64,000 nucleotides of DNA from Rhynchopus sp. YZ270_cl-10 (Eukaryota), in the NCBI GenBank assembly GCA_964035575.1, contig OZ037833.1, positions 62,001-126,000 on the forward strand, in the 5' to 3' direction. This document shows positions 31,901 to 46,900 of the stretch, in pieces. How positions within the stretch are numbered: the stretch's first letter is position 1; each line of letters opens with the position of its first letter. The notes under the pieces are model-generated. The model did not search any database. It worked only from the letters and a program-made list of their open reading frames with translations, and was not told the DNA's origin. The position numbers and the translations under genes are program-made.

Positions 31901-34900
31901 ACACCCACCCGCGGTCCGTCACCCCTGCAAGCACGATACCCGCTTGCACCCACACACCTCCAAAAGGGGTGGTAAGCCACCGCACGCATGCCCAAGGCTC
32001 GGTGGCGTTGATCCGCTTCCCAGGCACCTCTGTGATGCTAAGGATGATAGGATGGATGCCAAGATAGTCGACATCGAGCGGCTCTGAGTGCAGCTTGATG
32101 GTGACACTGAAGACAGGGTACTCTGTGCCGTAGTGCAGCGGCGCCTTCTCGTAGACGATGATCTGGATGTCGACGTAGTCGGTCACGTGGAGGTGCTGTG
32201 GTGCCCATTTGTATGTGGTCAAGCTGACCACGATGCGGTTGTAGGAAAGCCCAAAGCGGTCCACCAAGGCCATGGGGTATTCATTGCGGACCATGAGCGG
32301 TGGTGTGACCCTGTGTATGCACAGCTTCGTCGAGGTTGCGTGCAAACAGAAGAACTCCCCAGGGATCGACTCCGCAATGAGCGCAGTCGCAAGCAGGTCC
32401 GTCTGCAGCGTCAGCTTCTCTTCGTACAGAGCGAGCGCGCCGTATTCGAGACCGCCCAAACCGGCAGGTTTGCTGTGGACAGATTCGTGGAGGAGGTTCA
32501 TCACTGCGACAAGGTCCTGCGCGGAGGAGGATGTGAGGCGTGTCAGGTTTGCAGAGAAGCTTGCGTTCTGGTGTGCGCCGCACAGAAAGTCAAAAAGATC
32601 GATCTGGCGCTCCAGGGAGATCCTGCTTAGAGGTGCCTCAGCGGCAGAGCGCACGACCTGGGAGAGCATCGTTGTCACCATCGTTGTGGGGCGTGTCAGA
32701 CGCCCATCCACAACACTGTCCAGCAGCGCCCCAAGGAGAAGCGCATTCGTGTCGGACGTGGCCCCCGCAGCTTGCAGAAGCTGTCTTCCGTGAGTCTGTG
32801 TCAGTGCGTCCTGCTTCCCTTTCAGACTCACCGCACGCAGCGCAGTTGACACACCCAAAGTCAAAGCCTCGCCCGTCAAACTCGCAGGATTCGCTGCAAC
32901 ATTCGATATCGCGCTCTGTATCGCACCCTGCGTCAGACGTTCCGAAGCGACCTGCAGACTGACCTCAACCCTTTGGCCTTCTCCGTAAGAGTCGTAGATG
33001 ATCAGAACGAAGACCACTGTCGCCGTGCGGACGACGTGCGGTGCGGTCACTGTGAACGACGACGACAACACAGGGGAAGGTGTCATGAGTCTGCTCACGC
33101 CCTCCTCTGCGTAGCTGTAGGAGTAGTACAATGCCGTGGTGTCGCGCCACCCACCACCCGACAACACGACAGTGTCGCGTCCACCCTGCACCGCTGTGCC
33201 CTTCGCAAGGCCGGGAGGCCCTGCAACAGTGAAGGATCCGCCCACAGGTGGCATGTTGATCGTGACGACGCACTTCGCAACACCGTCGCGTTTGTACCCA
33301 GGCGCAGTGACGTTCAGCTGAAACGTGTACACGCCCTCAAGGCTGTACGGCGCTATCGCAAGGTGGCGGCGTCTGTCGCCCAGGATTGTTGTGCTCAGCT
33401 CCACAGGACGCCCGCCGCTGACCGTCCACAGGAACTTCAACGTCCCCTGCGGTGCGCGCGACAGCACCTTCCCGAGAACCTGCAGCTTCGTGGAGGGGTT
33501 GTGCAGGCCGGTCGGCAGAGGCAGCCAGATGCCTTCAGTGCGCTGTTTGCTGATCTTCAGGATCTCCACCACCGGGAAGTCGTCCAAGTCTATAGAGATG
33601 ACCAGGTGGTACGGCGGCGACACGACATCCCTTTTCGACACCACCAAGGAGAACCTGAAGCGTCCAGCCGGCAGCACCTTCGTGCCTGTCTCGACATCCC
33701 ATACATGCGGGGTAGGCTTCTGCGACTTCGGGCTGCCACACACCTTCCGCGTGCCGGTGCTGTCGCAGGAGAAGGGACGGCCGCTCAGCTCAAAGGTCCC
33801 ACCACAGCCCTTATCGACCCACACCCCACCACCAGGCTCGCCACCGAAGGAGTCGCCCTCCACGCAGGTGCCGCTGTGTGTCGAGGCGAGCGAAGGGTTG
33901 AAGGGGTGTGGTGCACCCACAATGCAGTCGCCTTGTGCGTCCAGCGTGCACACCGCCCAGGTGTAGGTGAGCGTGCCCGGCATTTCGTTCGGGTCGTACG
34001 ACTGCGATCCATCGAGACAGAGGTGGCAGCCCGACGGTGGCGGCAGGGCAGGCAGCATCCTCTCGCCTCCACCTAGCACTGCAACCATGGGCTCGGGCAC
34101 GACGTTGACCGTCACTAATACTGAGGTGCTCACGGATGGGTTCGAAATGGACCCTGCGGTCACCTTGTAGACGTACGTCACACCCACGGTCAAGGAGAAC
34201 GGCGCAAGAACCAGAGTGTCTGTGGTTCCCCCTGTCCCTAGGGTGGCGGACGCAGGCGTGACTACCTCCCACTGGAAGCGCATATCCTGCAGCTCTGCTA
34301 GGGTGGGTGTTGTAGCATTGCCCGAAGCACTGCACGTGGCAGGCCCACCCTCGACAAGGAGCTGTGTGTTCTGGAAACGTTTGACCTCACGCACCAAAGG
34401 ACCAACGACCTTGAGACGGAAGTACGGTGGGGTGTCCACCTGCACAACAGCCTGCTTGCTGCGGACACTGCCAAACGCGTCGACAGCCTCAAGCGTGAAG
34501 GTCAACGTGCCCACAGGGACCAATGATGCTGGCAACGTCACCGCAAGCACCGTCACGTTCGCAAGGTGTGCCTGCAGGTCTGCGAATTCGATAACATCGG
34601 CTGCCGCCATCGTGGTGGTGTCAGCAGCAACGCTCCACGTGTACAGCGGTGCGGTGGGTACAGTGTGTGTGGAGGCAAGGCCGTCGAGGAGGAGGTCCTC
34701 ACAGAGGCCTATCACGGCAGGTGCGAAGAGCATGACAGAGGGCACGCTTGTGATGCCGCCCGCAACAGGCTTCGCAAGGGTGTGGTCGTTCGCACCGCAG
34801 TTCGCAAACGCCGCAGAGCACGTCATGTCGCGCACGGTGCCCGCACTCACGCCAATAACGTCGCCAGGTCGGACAGAGTAGCCGCTCCCAAGCCTGATGA

Positions 34901-37900
34901 CAAGGACAGTCTGTGTGTCCCACACACACTCTGCAGCGCTGCCAAAGCTGGCTGCAGTGGCGGCGTCGAAGAACAGAGCGCAGTCGCGTATCGACGTCGG
35001 CGCTGTCGGCAGCGACGCAATGTACGCAGCACCGCTGTCGGTGGCGCGTGCGAAGGTGAATGTGATCGCGTCGCCAGTTGCCTTGATCGCCACGACTGGG
35101 CCGTTGTTGATACGGGACGTGTCCGCCAGGTACGTCGTTTCTGTTGTCACCGGCGCAGAAAGACTCTGGGATGTCGCAACAAGGGAGATCGTCACAGAAC
35201 CGCGGAACTGCTTGCTGATGTCGACGATGGTGCTGAAGTGGAGCACGTCCTCGCTCGTCATGTCGCCAAAGCGGCACAGCAGCGCTTTCTGGAACTGAAG
35301 CAACGGGTCCAGTACTGTGCACAGTGTGCTGTTGACACTGAGGATACCTACCTTCCCTGCGGTGGTGATGTTCAGGCGCACTTCTGGGGCAACAAGCAGC
35401 GTACGCGACGTTGTGATGCGCAGCGTGTGCACGTACTCCGCAGTGAACTGTGCATACGTCCCACCAGGGTTCGTCGTGGCCACAGACAACACGGGTGCCG
35501 ACACTTGGTAGTCCTCTTGACGCGTGGACGGCGGGATGTTCGTACCCGAGAGCGTCGCCGTCACAGACGTGTTGCCAACGAAGCTTCTGTTGTGGTCGAC
35601 GTTGATGTCCATGAGCACTCTCTCCCCAGGGGAAATGTCACGCGACAGACACCGCAGCCGTGAGTCAGAGACGGGCACACAGAAGAGCGGGTAGCTCGTC
35701 AGCACAAAGCCCACCGTGTCCACCATCACCGAGGCATCGCCAATCCACGACAGGCCGTAGTTGTCCAGACTGAAGAAGTACGCCCGCGACGCTGTGTACG
35801 CACCGTCGCTGTTGTTATAGCCCCCAGAGCTGAAGCCAAACGCAGGTTGCACAATAGGCATTTCGACCCGGTAGGTCCGCACATCGTTGAGGCTGTTGTG
35901 CGGGAAGAACGCCTGCACGTCAAGTACAGAGACGCCAAACGCGCCTCGCGGCAGGTACAGCAGCAACGGCAGGCGCAGCACGTTGTCGACCGCAGGCATC
36001 ATTGTGCAGTTCATCCCACTCGGTGTATCCACGCAACCAGGCGGCACTGCGACACTGAGTACTTCAGTGAAGCCCACCGCCAACGCCGCAACCTCCAAAG
36101 GAACCTGCCCGACATTCGTGATGACCACATGCACGGTCACGTTATACCCTGTGACCAGTGTTGGTGGCGTGTCCAACGTCACATCCCCGTCACGTGTCTG
36201 GGTGACACAGTACTGTGCGTCCGCCATGCAGCCAAAGACAGACACCGGCGGGTACTGCACTGCTGTTGCGTTTGGGTTGCTCGGGTTCGGCAGGTTGACG
36301 TGAACGACGTCGGCAGTGAGGCGCACATCTTTGGATGGCGGAGAATCGACGAAGACACCAAACCTGAAGTCGTTCAGCACACCAGAGACAACACCGTTGA
36401 ATGCACAGGACACCTGCAAAAGGGCAGGTGGTGCAGACAGCCTCTTGCACCCGGCAGGCATCTCGACAATGGTAGAGCCCTCTGTGGTGGCGAGGCTCAC
36501 CTCCACTCTGTCGAAGTAGATGTTCCGCACGTTGAGGATGTAGTGTGCAGTGTGGCCGTACCGCGGTATGTCAAGTGCGTGGAAGGTTGCGTACAGCCCG
36601 TCCTGCTCGAGCGCCACCTTCTGCACGTGTCTGTTGTTCCCTAAGGGCGGAACGGTGCCGAAGTTGCCAAGGTTCGTTTTATCCATTACATAGCTGTCCG
36701 TCACGAAGGTGAGATGCTGTGCGAGCCCTGCATTCACCCAGGCAAGACCGCCAAGCTGCACTGGTTGTGAGTCCGGTGGCACATCTACGGCCCTGCACAC
36801 AATCTCGAAGCTCGTGAAGTGGCAGCCCTGCTGCAGCGCTATCCCCGAGAGCGAGTTGTGCACCATCTGAAGCGCACTGCTCACACCCTCCCAGGTTTCG
36901 ACACCTATGGTGCCCCACACATTGCGTGGGTCTGCGTACGTGAGCTTCTGCAGTGCCGCCAGGTCGCCGTGCACCTTGAGCGACACGTACGCAGACATGT
37001 ATGAAGGTCCGTGGTTGCGCACCTCCACTGTGAACGGGAACTGTTCCCCACGTTTCGCATAGTCGCGGAACTGCGTTGTGACCTCGATGTCGCCTAGCTG
37101 CACAGCAAAGGGGCGTGTGTTGCTGAAGGCGACAGTCTCGTTGGAGCCTTCTCCTCTGTTGTTGATGACACCCGACACCGCGATCTGCACAGACCCTTGG
37201 AACGTGCTGTTCACAGCTACTTCGATGCGGACGTCGCTTTGCGAGTGAGGCGCGACGTCGCCAAACCAGCAGAAGTACGCATTCGAGATCTGAGGGTGCA
37301 CAATGCACTCTGATGGCGGTGTGGCTGCCAGCACCCCTCCGCTGCTCGCAGTCACAGTGCCGTTCCCTGCTTGCACCCACCCCTCGCCGTTGTTCACAAG
37401 GGACGCTGCGAAAGGCGTCGAAAAGCCTGCACTCAACGTCGCCAGGTCGCGCGAGCTCCCCGTCACCACAGGCGGTGTGAGGGCGAAGCGAATCGAGTCT
37501 GCGTTGTTCGACATGTTTGTGTCGGTGTTCCCGAGCGTCGCAGACATGCGCACCCCACACATCACCTCAGCACCGCGTGAAGGCGTGTAGAGGAACTCCA
37601 GAGTCAGTGCCGCACCTGTCGCGATGTCACCCACAGTGCATGTCATCAGGTTTCGGTCCGCACTTTCCGCACACCCGCTAGCGACAGAGGCAGGAGCTGA
37701 GAAGGAGCCAGGCTGCCCCACAAGCGCCACCTGCACTGCACCCGCTGGGTACGCACCGTTGTTCACGAGGGAGACTGTGATCGGGAGAGCGATACCAGCA
37801 CGCGCTGTGTACGTGGAGGAGGACAGCGACGCAACGACCTCGCCAGACGCGATCGGGATAACAAAGAACGAGCGCAGCAGAACGTTCGACGGTGTGTGCA

Positions 37901-40900
37901 GCTCAATAATGTCGGACCAGAACTGCACAGAGGGCGCCGACGCAGCTGTTCTGATCTGCAGCTGCGTGGTGGTGTTCATCACGCCGGTAAGCTCGCCCAC
38001 CTCGCATCGCGACCACACAGAGGAGTGCAGCGTGCACGACCGAGGAAGTGGCAGAATGAAATCCGCACCACTGATGGTCACATCCACAGCTACGCTCGTC
38101 AGCTTCACAGACGCGACATCGGACATCACTGTCACATTGATGACCGAGTCTGTGTCCGCCGTGAACACGGTGGTATTGTGAAACTGTGTGTAGTACTCCC
38201 CGCCCACGTTGCTTAGCGTCTGCAGCGCAACGTTGTTCGAGGTTGTAGTCTCAAGCGTGCCTGTAGTCATGACAGCTGTCAGCTGCATCGCACCACCTGC
38301 CTGCAGTGTTGACCCTGTCATAATCGCGAACGTCGTTGATGCCAGCGGCGCTAACTCCGCAACTGTGCACACAATGGACGACGTGTTGTACTCACCCACA
38401 CACCCGGACGGGAACATGACTATGAACGCGTCAGCAGCAGACACCTTTACCTCTATCTGCGACGCCCACGCAAGAGAAGACTCGGACGTCACGGCCACAG
38501 CGAAGGTGCACGTCCCCGCACGCTTGCACTCCGCGTCGGACGTGCCCACAGCAACAGACACATCGCCCGGGTCCAATGCAATGGTCGGGTTCGCGTACTG
38601 CACGGTGAAGTCGCCCTGCAGAGAGATGGTGCTTGAGATGGTCGGCAGCGTCACTGCGTCGCGTGGGACCGACAGCTCGAAGGTCCCCACCGCCCTGTTG
38701 CCTGCACCGTAGAGCACGTCGCCCACATCACAGGTCCAGACGTTCGTACCTAGCACATCTGCTGTGCACGCATGCTGGCCTCCTGGTGTAAGTTGCAACT
38801 TCCCCACTGTCAACGTGAACATCAGATTGAACGCGATGGACCCCTCCTGCGTGTTTGTGATGGCATACGAAAACTGGTGCGTCTGTCCGTTGTGCACCAA
38901 GGCAGGGCCGGTCACGGAGACATCGAGAACGGGGGTGCGCGTCACGGCGCTGAAAGTGTCGACGTTGTTCGTTGTGACTGCCTCTGCGGACAGCGTAGTA
39001 ACCTCTGCTGTCATGTTGATGCCGAGAGGCACGTCCACAAGGGGCACGTACACCTGCATGTGCACCTGCACGGTGTCGCCTGGGACAATGCTGCCTGCGC
39101 TGCAGAACACAGAGTTCGTCTGCGCCTGATGCGTGCACGACACACCTGTAGGGACAAAGGACGGCGCACGCAGTACTCCGCCCACCACAGAGAAGGTGAC
39201 ATTTGTCCCATGGGTTGTGTAGCTGCCTGCGCTCTTCACCGCAACGTACATGGTAGTGGTACCGCCCACAGGCATCGTCGCGACACCCGAGATCGCAACC
39301 GTTGCGTCTGCGTACGGCACCGCCACCAGTGTCGCCACCTTCAGGTACACCCCTGTAGGCTTGTCCGCATGGTAGCACACAGAGAACGGTGTGCTCGAGG
39401 TGATCTCGTTGCTGTACACCACAGACGCAACTGTCCCTGTTTGGTCGACTGAACCGACAGTGCGTTCGTAAAGGTTTGGCGAGGCGCAAGGGTTGCTGCC
39501 GTTGTCGGTCGTGATGAACACTGTATCGGACACCTGCAGAAGCGACCCATGGAACGAAATCGTCAAAGCACTGCCAATCAGCGGCGGGTCCGGGCTGAAC
39601 TGCACGTAGTCAATCCCACCGGTCATCTGCAGGGGCAGGCCGACGTGGTGCCACCCTGCTAGGGGCGTGTACGCACAGAGCTCGATCCGGCCTGCCTTGA
39701 ACACGGAGATGACACCGATGGCCACGTTGTCCGGCTCCGAGGCAGGCTTCGTCACCAACACCTCAGTGCCCGTACCACACTCACCCAGGGCTGGTGCCCA
39801 TTCCAAGAGAATGTCGTGTGTGTCGCTTGGTGTCAGCCCGCCCCACTCACCCTTCAGTGCGACCTGTATGGGCTCGCCTGCGATGGGGTTTGCAGGGAGC
39901 ACTTCGTAGTCCGTCGCACCCGACTCGAGGACAAGCAGGTAGGAGGAGTTCATGGAACGCCAGCCGTTCCCTGCGTCCTTGTGGCGGAAGCACACACTGT
40001 ACTCACCGGGCGCACTGGGCGCGTTTGTCACCAAAGTCGGCATCGTGAACTGCTGGATGACAAAGTGCGACTGTTGTGTGCACGGCGCCCCAGCAGGCAC
40101 AATGTTGATATATTCGTCGAGCCCCAACCCAAGGTCACCACCGATGAAGTCAAGAACCATCTGCGAGCCCTTCACAACAGCAGTCGGGTGGAAGGCAGTG
40201 GGGTACGACACGATGTCCTTTGTGTTCCCGAAGGCGTGCCACTGCTGGCGGTCGACCGAGAAGCAGATGGACGCAGACATGGTCGCGGTGAAGGTCATCT
40301 GGGAACGCACCCAACGGTCTGAGCGCACCTCATCCACAGCGCGTGCGTTGGCTTCTGCGTCGTTCTCGCACGTCTGCGTTGCGCTCACATGAGAGATGCG
40401 GCTCGATGCCTCTAAGCCCTCCTGCATGAAGCCTATCCCCGCAACCATAAACGTCACAGGCTCCTGCGTCACGATGTCTGTCGGGTAGTACAAATAGTCC
40501 ACTGCACGCCGCCGGTTCACAGTCAAGAAGGGGCTCACCGCCTGCCACGTACCACTGTTCTGCAGATAGCACAGCGCCACGCCTGCGTACATACCCGTAA
40601 ACTTCGCACCTGTCACGGTGATGGTTGTAGCAGACGTCGTCTGGATGCTGGTGAACGGTTCAACAGGTGTGACGGTGCCGTCGCTTCCTGGGCAGGAGCC
40701 TGAGAGCGACCATGTTACCTTGTCTGTGGAGCTCAGGTTTGTGCCGTAGAAGTTCACCGCAAGCGCTGTGTCTGCGAAGGCTTCGCCGTCGACGAGGTTC
40801 GTGACTGCGTATGAGGAGACACCGAAGTTCAGGATCTGGACGTCGCCAATGGCACCCCACGCAGTGTCGCGGAACTTGTAGCACACGGAGACTGCGAGGG

Positions 40901-43900
40901 ACGGAAGGTTCAAGTCTGCGATGGGAGCCGTGTCGCTCGGCTCTGTGACAAATGCTTCGCCGATGATGCTCGTCGCAGTGCAGTTTTGGTAGTCGTACAC
41001 ATACCCGTAGCGGTCTGCACCGTACTCCCCTGAGAGGTACGAGCCGCCAACAAACGTAGCCCGCACGTTCGACTGCTGCACCGCTAGCCCCGGAGAGACG
41101 CTTGTCGGGAGTTGTGTGACGTTGAACGTCCCCCCGACCTGGTGCCACACCATCCCCGCACTGCCAGAGAGCCTCACACAGACACGCATCACCCCTGGCG
41201 AAGGTGCAATAATGACGCCAGTTCTGCCACTGTGCCCACCCCCGTAGAGCGACAGCAGCGGTGTCTGCCAGTGGCTGAACGGCGCTTCCGTGTGGCAGTC
41301 AAGGCTGCTGTCCAACACAGCCACCATATCCTGCAGTGCCGTCTGCGGGAGGCCCTCCCCATGGAATGTAACAGCACGTGGCCGGGAGGCAACGAGGTTA
41401 GCAAGACCTACCACAGTGTGGACGCCACGCACAACAGGCACGGTGCCAACCTTCAGCCACTGCCCCGTGTACGCATCGGGCAACGTGCGGTGCACCTTGT
41501 AGCAGAGCTCGACCCCAGGCACGTAGGACGCGAGAAGCGAGCAGCGTCCGTAAGAGCTGTTCGTCAGTGTCGGGTGTGCGAAGTGTGTTGCGTTGTCGAA
41601 TTGCATGTACGCCTCGTGCACGGTGGCGCAGTCGGCATAGAGCGGCACCAGGAGACATATGTCAGTCGACACTGCTGTGTCTGCAGAGTACGAGAGGCCC
41701 TGTCCCCACAGCTCAAAGGTCACCGTCGTGCTCTCTACCACGATGTTGTGGCTAGCAGAGAAGCTAAGCACCTTCGGCTGAATGACCTGCAGCGGTGCAC
41801 CGACCTTCATCCACGGCGCAGTCGAGTGGCGCCTGTAGCAGATGTCGATGTCGCTTGCAATGCTGACGGTGATATCCGCAGCAACGTGTGTGCTGTTCAG
41901 CAGCGCCGCAGACACAGCAAACTGCGCTGAGCACGGACTCGGCGTCGGCACCCACGCGATCTGCGGAGGGAGGGTCTCAAGCACTGTGCCCACAGCCTCC
42001 ACCACAACGGTCAACGCCTTCTCCACAAACGGCTGCGAGGCAGTGCTGTACGATGCAGCGCCTAAGCTGTGCACGAGGAACGTGCCCGGCAGCATCTTCC
42101 ACGGAAACGTCTTGTACTTGTAGCACAGCTGGTAGGTGCCCGTCGTCGTAGGCAGCCACAGAGGCACCACCGGCAGGTCTGCTGCTGCCTGCAGGAACTG
42201 CGCCTTGACCGACGCGCACGTATCGCCAGACGGCACCAATGCAGCACGGTCCTCTGCTGTCGTCGAGAGACGTTCCCCACCTGTGAACACAACACGCGTC
42301 CGCACACCAGCAGTGCCGTTTGTGGGGAAGAAGCCTTTCGGGAGTTCGATGACACCTACTTCGGATCCGACTTGGTGCCAACGACCCTTTTGTGCCTTGA
42401 AGCACATGATGTATGCACCTGGGTTGAAGAAGGTCAGAGACCCGTACGCGACGGAGTGGTTGGCTGCGACACGCGACACGGCGGTTGCGGTGAACCTTGT
42501 GGTCTCAGCATCGCACACCTGCCCAGCCACCCACGCAAAGATGTGCTCAGCAGGATGCAGCGGGTCGAAGCCGTAGCCCTCGAAGGTGACGTTCATCGCC
42601 TGCCGCACTGCAGGGTCTGGGTACTGCAGCGCAAAGGCGGACGCAGAGGCGATGACTGTGAAGGTCTCCCCCACAGGGACGTACACACCACAGCCCGACG
42701 CTGCGTAGCACAGCTGGTACGTCCCGATGGTACCCGGTGTCCACCGTGTGAAGGTGCTGTTCGCGTTGTTCTGGATGACCGCAAGCGAGCTCGACACCGT
42801 ACCTACACAGCCAAAGGCCGTCTGAGGCTCGATCCGCATGATCTCCACACGGTCCGCCTGCGTCAGCCCTGCACCAGCAAAGCTGAGAGTCACCTGCCTC
42901 CCAAGGGTCAGACCCAACGCAACGGTGACGTCAGAGGTGAAGTGCGTCGCCCCACCACGCACGGCCCCTGCACAGTCCCACCGCGCGGTCAGTGCCTCAT
43001 CCGTCACAGAGTACTGCGTCACGTTCTGCCACAGCTCCGTGGACGCAAACCGGTAGCACAGCATCAGTGCCTGCGCAGGGCCTACCCGCGACAGGTCGAA
43101 CGAAGCATATGACGAACGCGCATTGTCCGCAACACGCACCTGTGTAGGGGTCAGGTACTGTGCACCGCCCAGCACACCAGAGGTGACACCGCATGTGTAG
43201 CCCAGGAACAGCACGACACCGTCTGCAGCCTGCATGCCGCTGCCACCTACCAGCTCAATGTGCACGTTGGAACGAGGCAGCACAAACGGCAACGCTGGTG
43301 ACCCTGTTACCGGGTACTTCCTCACAAGAAATGGTGGGTCCAGTGTCTGCGTGATGCCGTAGACAGACGACGAGTAGCAGAGCCTGTGCAGGCCGGAGGT
43401 GTTGTACTGCAGTGTGTCGTCGTGCGGTGTGTTGACTGTGAACTGCAGTGTCTTGTGGTTCACGTACACTGCGGTTGCTACTGCAGTGCAGGCGGCACCG
43501 TCGAGCGCCCACCCCACAAGGTCCGATGGGGAGAAGAAGTTCCCGTACAGCGTCGCCACAGAAGACGGCGACGCGTCTGTGTACTGCACATGTGTGCGGT
43601 ACGGGTTCGACCCCTCCGCAGGGTCTGTCGAGTCGTCCCACAGCAGCTGCTCCTTGTCGAAGTGGTACCCCTTCGCACCTGCAGCCACTGCGCTGAAGTA
43701 CGGCAGTTTCACCCAGCTCGCATTGTGCCGGTAGCACACATCCCACTCGCCCTCCTTCGCCACCGTCGCAGTGAACACATGCATCGTCGTCGAGGCAGTG
43801 CTGCTCACAGTCCACGCCGTCTCCCTACCAGGACAGTGTTCCCCTCTCCTGACGTGCGACACAACAGACGCGTCCACGCCAGAAGTCAGATCCGTCCCCG

Positions 43901-46900
43901 TAATGGTGAACGTCGTCGTCACGCCGGTCCGCAGGTGGCTTGGGGACAGCGTTCGTAGGTACGGCCCCACCCGCACAACGCTTATGCGGGCGAGGTACTC
44001 CCACCCACGGTCGCGGTGTTGGTAGCACAGCAGCACCTCTGGGGTCGAGGCAAGCACCGTGACGTCGAAGCTGATGGTGCCCTGCGTCAGATGCGTCACG
44101 TTCCCGAGGCTGGACGCGTACGCACCCTTCTCTGCGTAGGGGCGGTACCCTGCGTCCTGCCAGGCGCCACGCAGGCTGTGCCCTTCTGTTGCGAAGACGT
44201 TCTGCGCAGCAAGAACACACGCATCACCACTGCGCACCTGTGCACTCGAGTACACATCCTCGACCCACAGCAGCGAGTCGTTCGGCATCATATGCTGTGC
44301 ATCGCGAAGTGTGATCTCCGTCGCCACACCACGCGCAACGCTTGTCGGCGCTACGTCACGTGGCAGCTGTGCCACCCTGAGCAGGTCACCTACTTGGTAC
44401 CAGACGGACGCACCCCAGTGCAGACAGACCAGGTAGTCACCTGGGTTGCGGAAGCGCCACCAGAACATAGCCATTGAGGAGTTTGCAGCAAGCAGCACTT
44501 CAGAGGCAAACGGCAGTGTGATGTTCGAGCACGTCTGCACCACTGCGGGCGCCACCACTACTGCATGCGGGTTGCCACGCGGCGTGGTGCTGAGACGCGA
44601 GCCGTTCACTTCAATGCGGACGGCGTCGTCGGAGACGACAGCGTTGCGTGGGTACGTCAGGTACGACATCGAGACGATCACAGACGGCAGGAGGTACACC
44701 GCACCCGAGGAGTTGTAGCAGAGACTGATGTCCGTGTCGCTGGGAAGGTCCGCAATCGCGACTGTCCCTGCAGTGCTGCTGCTGATGCGCACTGCGTACG
44801 TGTTGTCGTTGCTTTCGAGCGTCTTGTTCAGACAGTCCTCACCAGAACGCACCCAGGTCACGCTGTCCGACGTCTCCATCCCATACCCGGTAACGGTCAC
44901 CTGCGTTGGCGGCCACTTCGTTGCGGGGTGCGGTGTGTACGTGAAGTTGTGGCCACCCTTCTTAAAAACCTCCACGGTCTTCCCGACCTTGATCCATTCA
45001 GGCGACTTTGTGTTGACCTCATCCAGCACTGCCACACAGATATCGACTTTCGTACTGTCCCGCGCTGTCGTCACCGGTACAAGCAGGTCCACGACACCCT
45101 TACACAGCCCTGCAGTAGACGGACACACACCTGTCCACGACAGCGTCTGCTCGACAGGAGGCACGCACAGTGCACCCTCCGAGACGTAGCCAGCCTTTGC
45201 TACACCACCAAACGCCTTACCGGTAAACGCAACAGAAAACGGTGCACCCATCAACGGAGTATCAGTGGACAGCACATAGTCTGAGGCACCGCCTGGGGCC
45301 ACTGTCAACACGGCCACCCTCTGCCAGGCCGTCGCTTTGTACTTATAGCATGTGTAGTACGTGCCAGGCTGCAACGCAATGGTGACCTGCACTGTGGGGA
45401 CTGGGTCGACTGTCGCAAAGCCCCCATACAGAAGCGGTGTGGCGCATGATGTGTTCGACAGTGCAATGCCCCAGATGTCGGCAGAGGCAAGGCTGAGCCC
45501 GCCGCTGTACGACAGCTCCATGCTGCTGTCCTGCACCACTGTCGGCGGGTGCGACTCACTCGGAAGACGCGCCACCACGTACACATCACCAACCTGCAGC
45601 CAGCTCCGGTCAACCACTTTGTAGCACACTGTGTACGCACCTTCGCCCATCAGTGCCAACCCGCTGGATTTCTCTGCAGATATCACGACGTCGACTGCGG
45701 TGCCGTCTGTGGAGGACAACGCTTCGCACACAGCAGGCGCCTTGACGAAGGCAAAGCGATCGCTCCCTGGCGTCTCTGTCAGCCCACCGCCGGAGAAGAA
45801 GAACCGCACGTTGGTCCCCGCTGCAGGGTCTGTTGGGTCTGTGGTGTACGACACGGCACGTCTCTGCACTGTCACCCAGCTCGCCTCTATCGTCTGCACA
45901 GTCGCGTTGAAGTACACACAGAGCTTGTACTCTGCCTCTGCAGGCAGCGTTAACGTTGCGTACATCAGCTCCTCGGTGGTAGGGACTGTGACGGCAGAGG
46001 CGACGGATGTGCCCGCAGAGCACGCCTCCTGCCAGGTCATGTCTGTCGGGCTCCGCTGCACTGCGTACAGGTCGTGCCCCTTCTCAGAAGAGAAGCCTTT
46101 TCCCTGGATCGTGATGGAGAAGGCCTGCTGTGGCAGCGGTACTGCGGGGGTAGTGGTGAGATGGGTCATGACACCGACAAAGAGGGAAAGCTTCCCGCAT
46201 GCCACCCAGCGGCCGGTTCCGTACTTGCAACAGAGGTCGACGCTTGGTGAGGTGGAGGTGACGGTGACAGTACCGGCCAGGTACTGCGGGGTGACCTCAT
46301 CCCACGAAGCGTACGTTGCAGTAGGGATGTCGCAGTGTCCAGGGTCGGACCACCCAAAGGCATCGCCGTCGCCGAAGCCCACAGCTCCGTAGAAGCGAAC
46401 CTGAATAGGTTTCCCGATCGCAGCCTTGATCGGGATGTTCAGAGAGGGCAGCTGCGCGACAAAGAGCAGCCCACCTACTTGGTAGTGCGCACCGCCGCTG
46501 GGGCGGTAGCAGAGCCGGTAGTACCCTGCTTCGGGGAAGCGTGCAAGCTGTGCTACAGCGGTGCTGCCGTTCACGTTGTCCAGCGGCGTTTCGTGCACGG
46601 CAGCGCAGGAGCTGTTCGCGAAGGCCCACCCCACAGCGTCGGAGGGCTTCGGCTCATAGGTGCCTGCGTTCTGCGGAGTGTCGAACACCACCGCCACGTC
46701 TTCTGTTGTTGTCGCAGTGCCAGGCAGCGTTGTGTAGCGGTACGGAACAGAGGCAACGTGGAGACGTCCTCCCACCTCTACCGCGTCACGCCCGACCATA
46801 CGGTAGCACACCTGCACCGCAACGAAGTGGCGTACCGTGACAAACGCCGTCACCTCCACTTTATGGGACGCAGTGTGCCTCACCAAGGAGACAGCATCAT

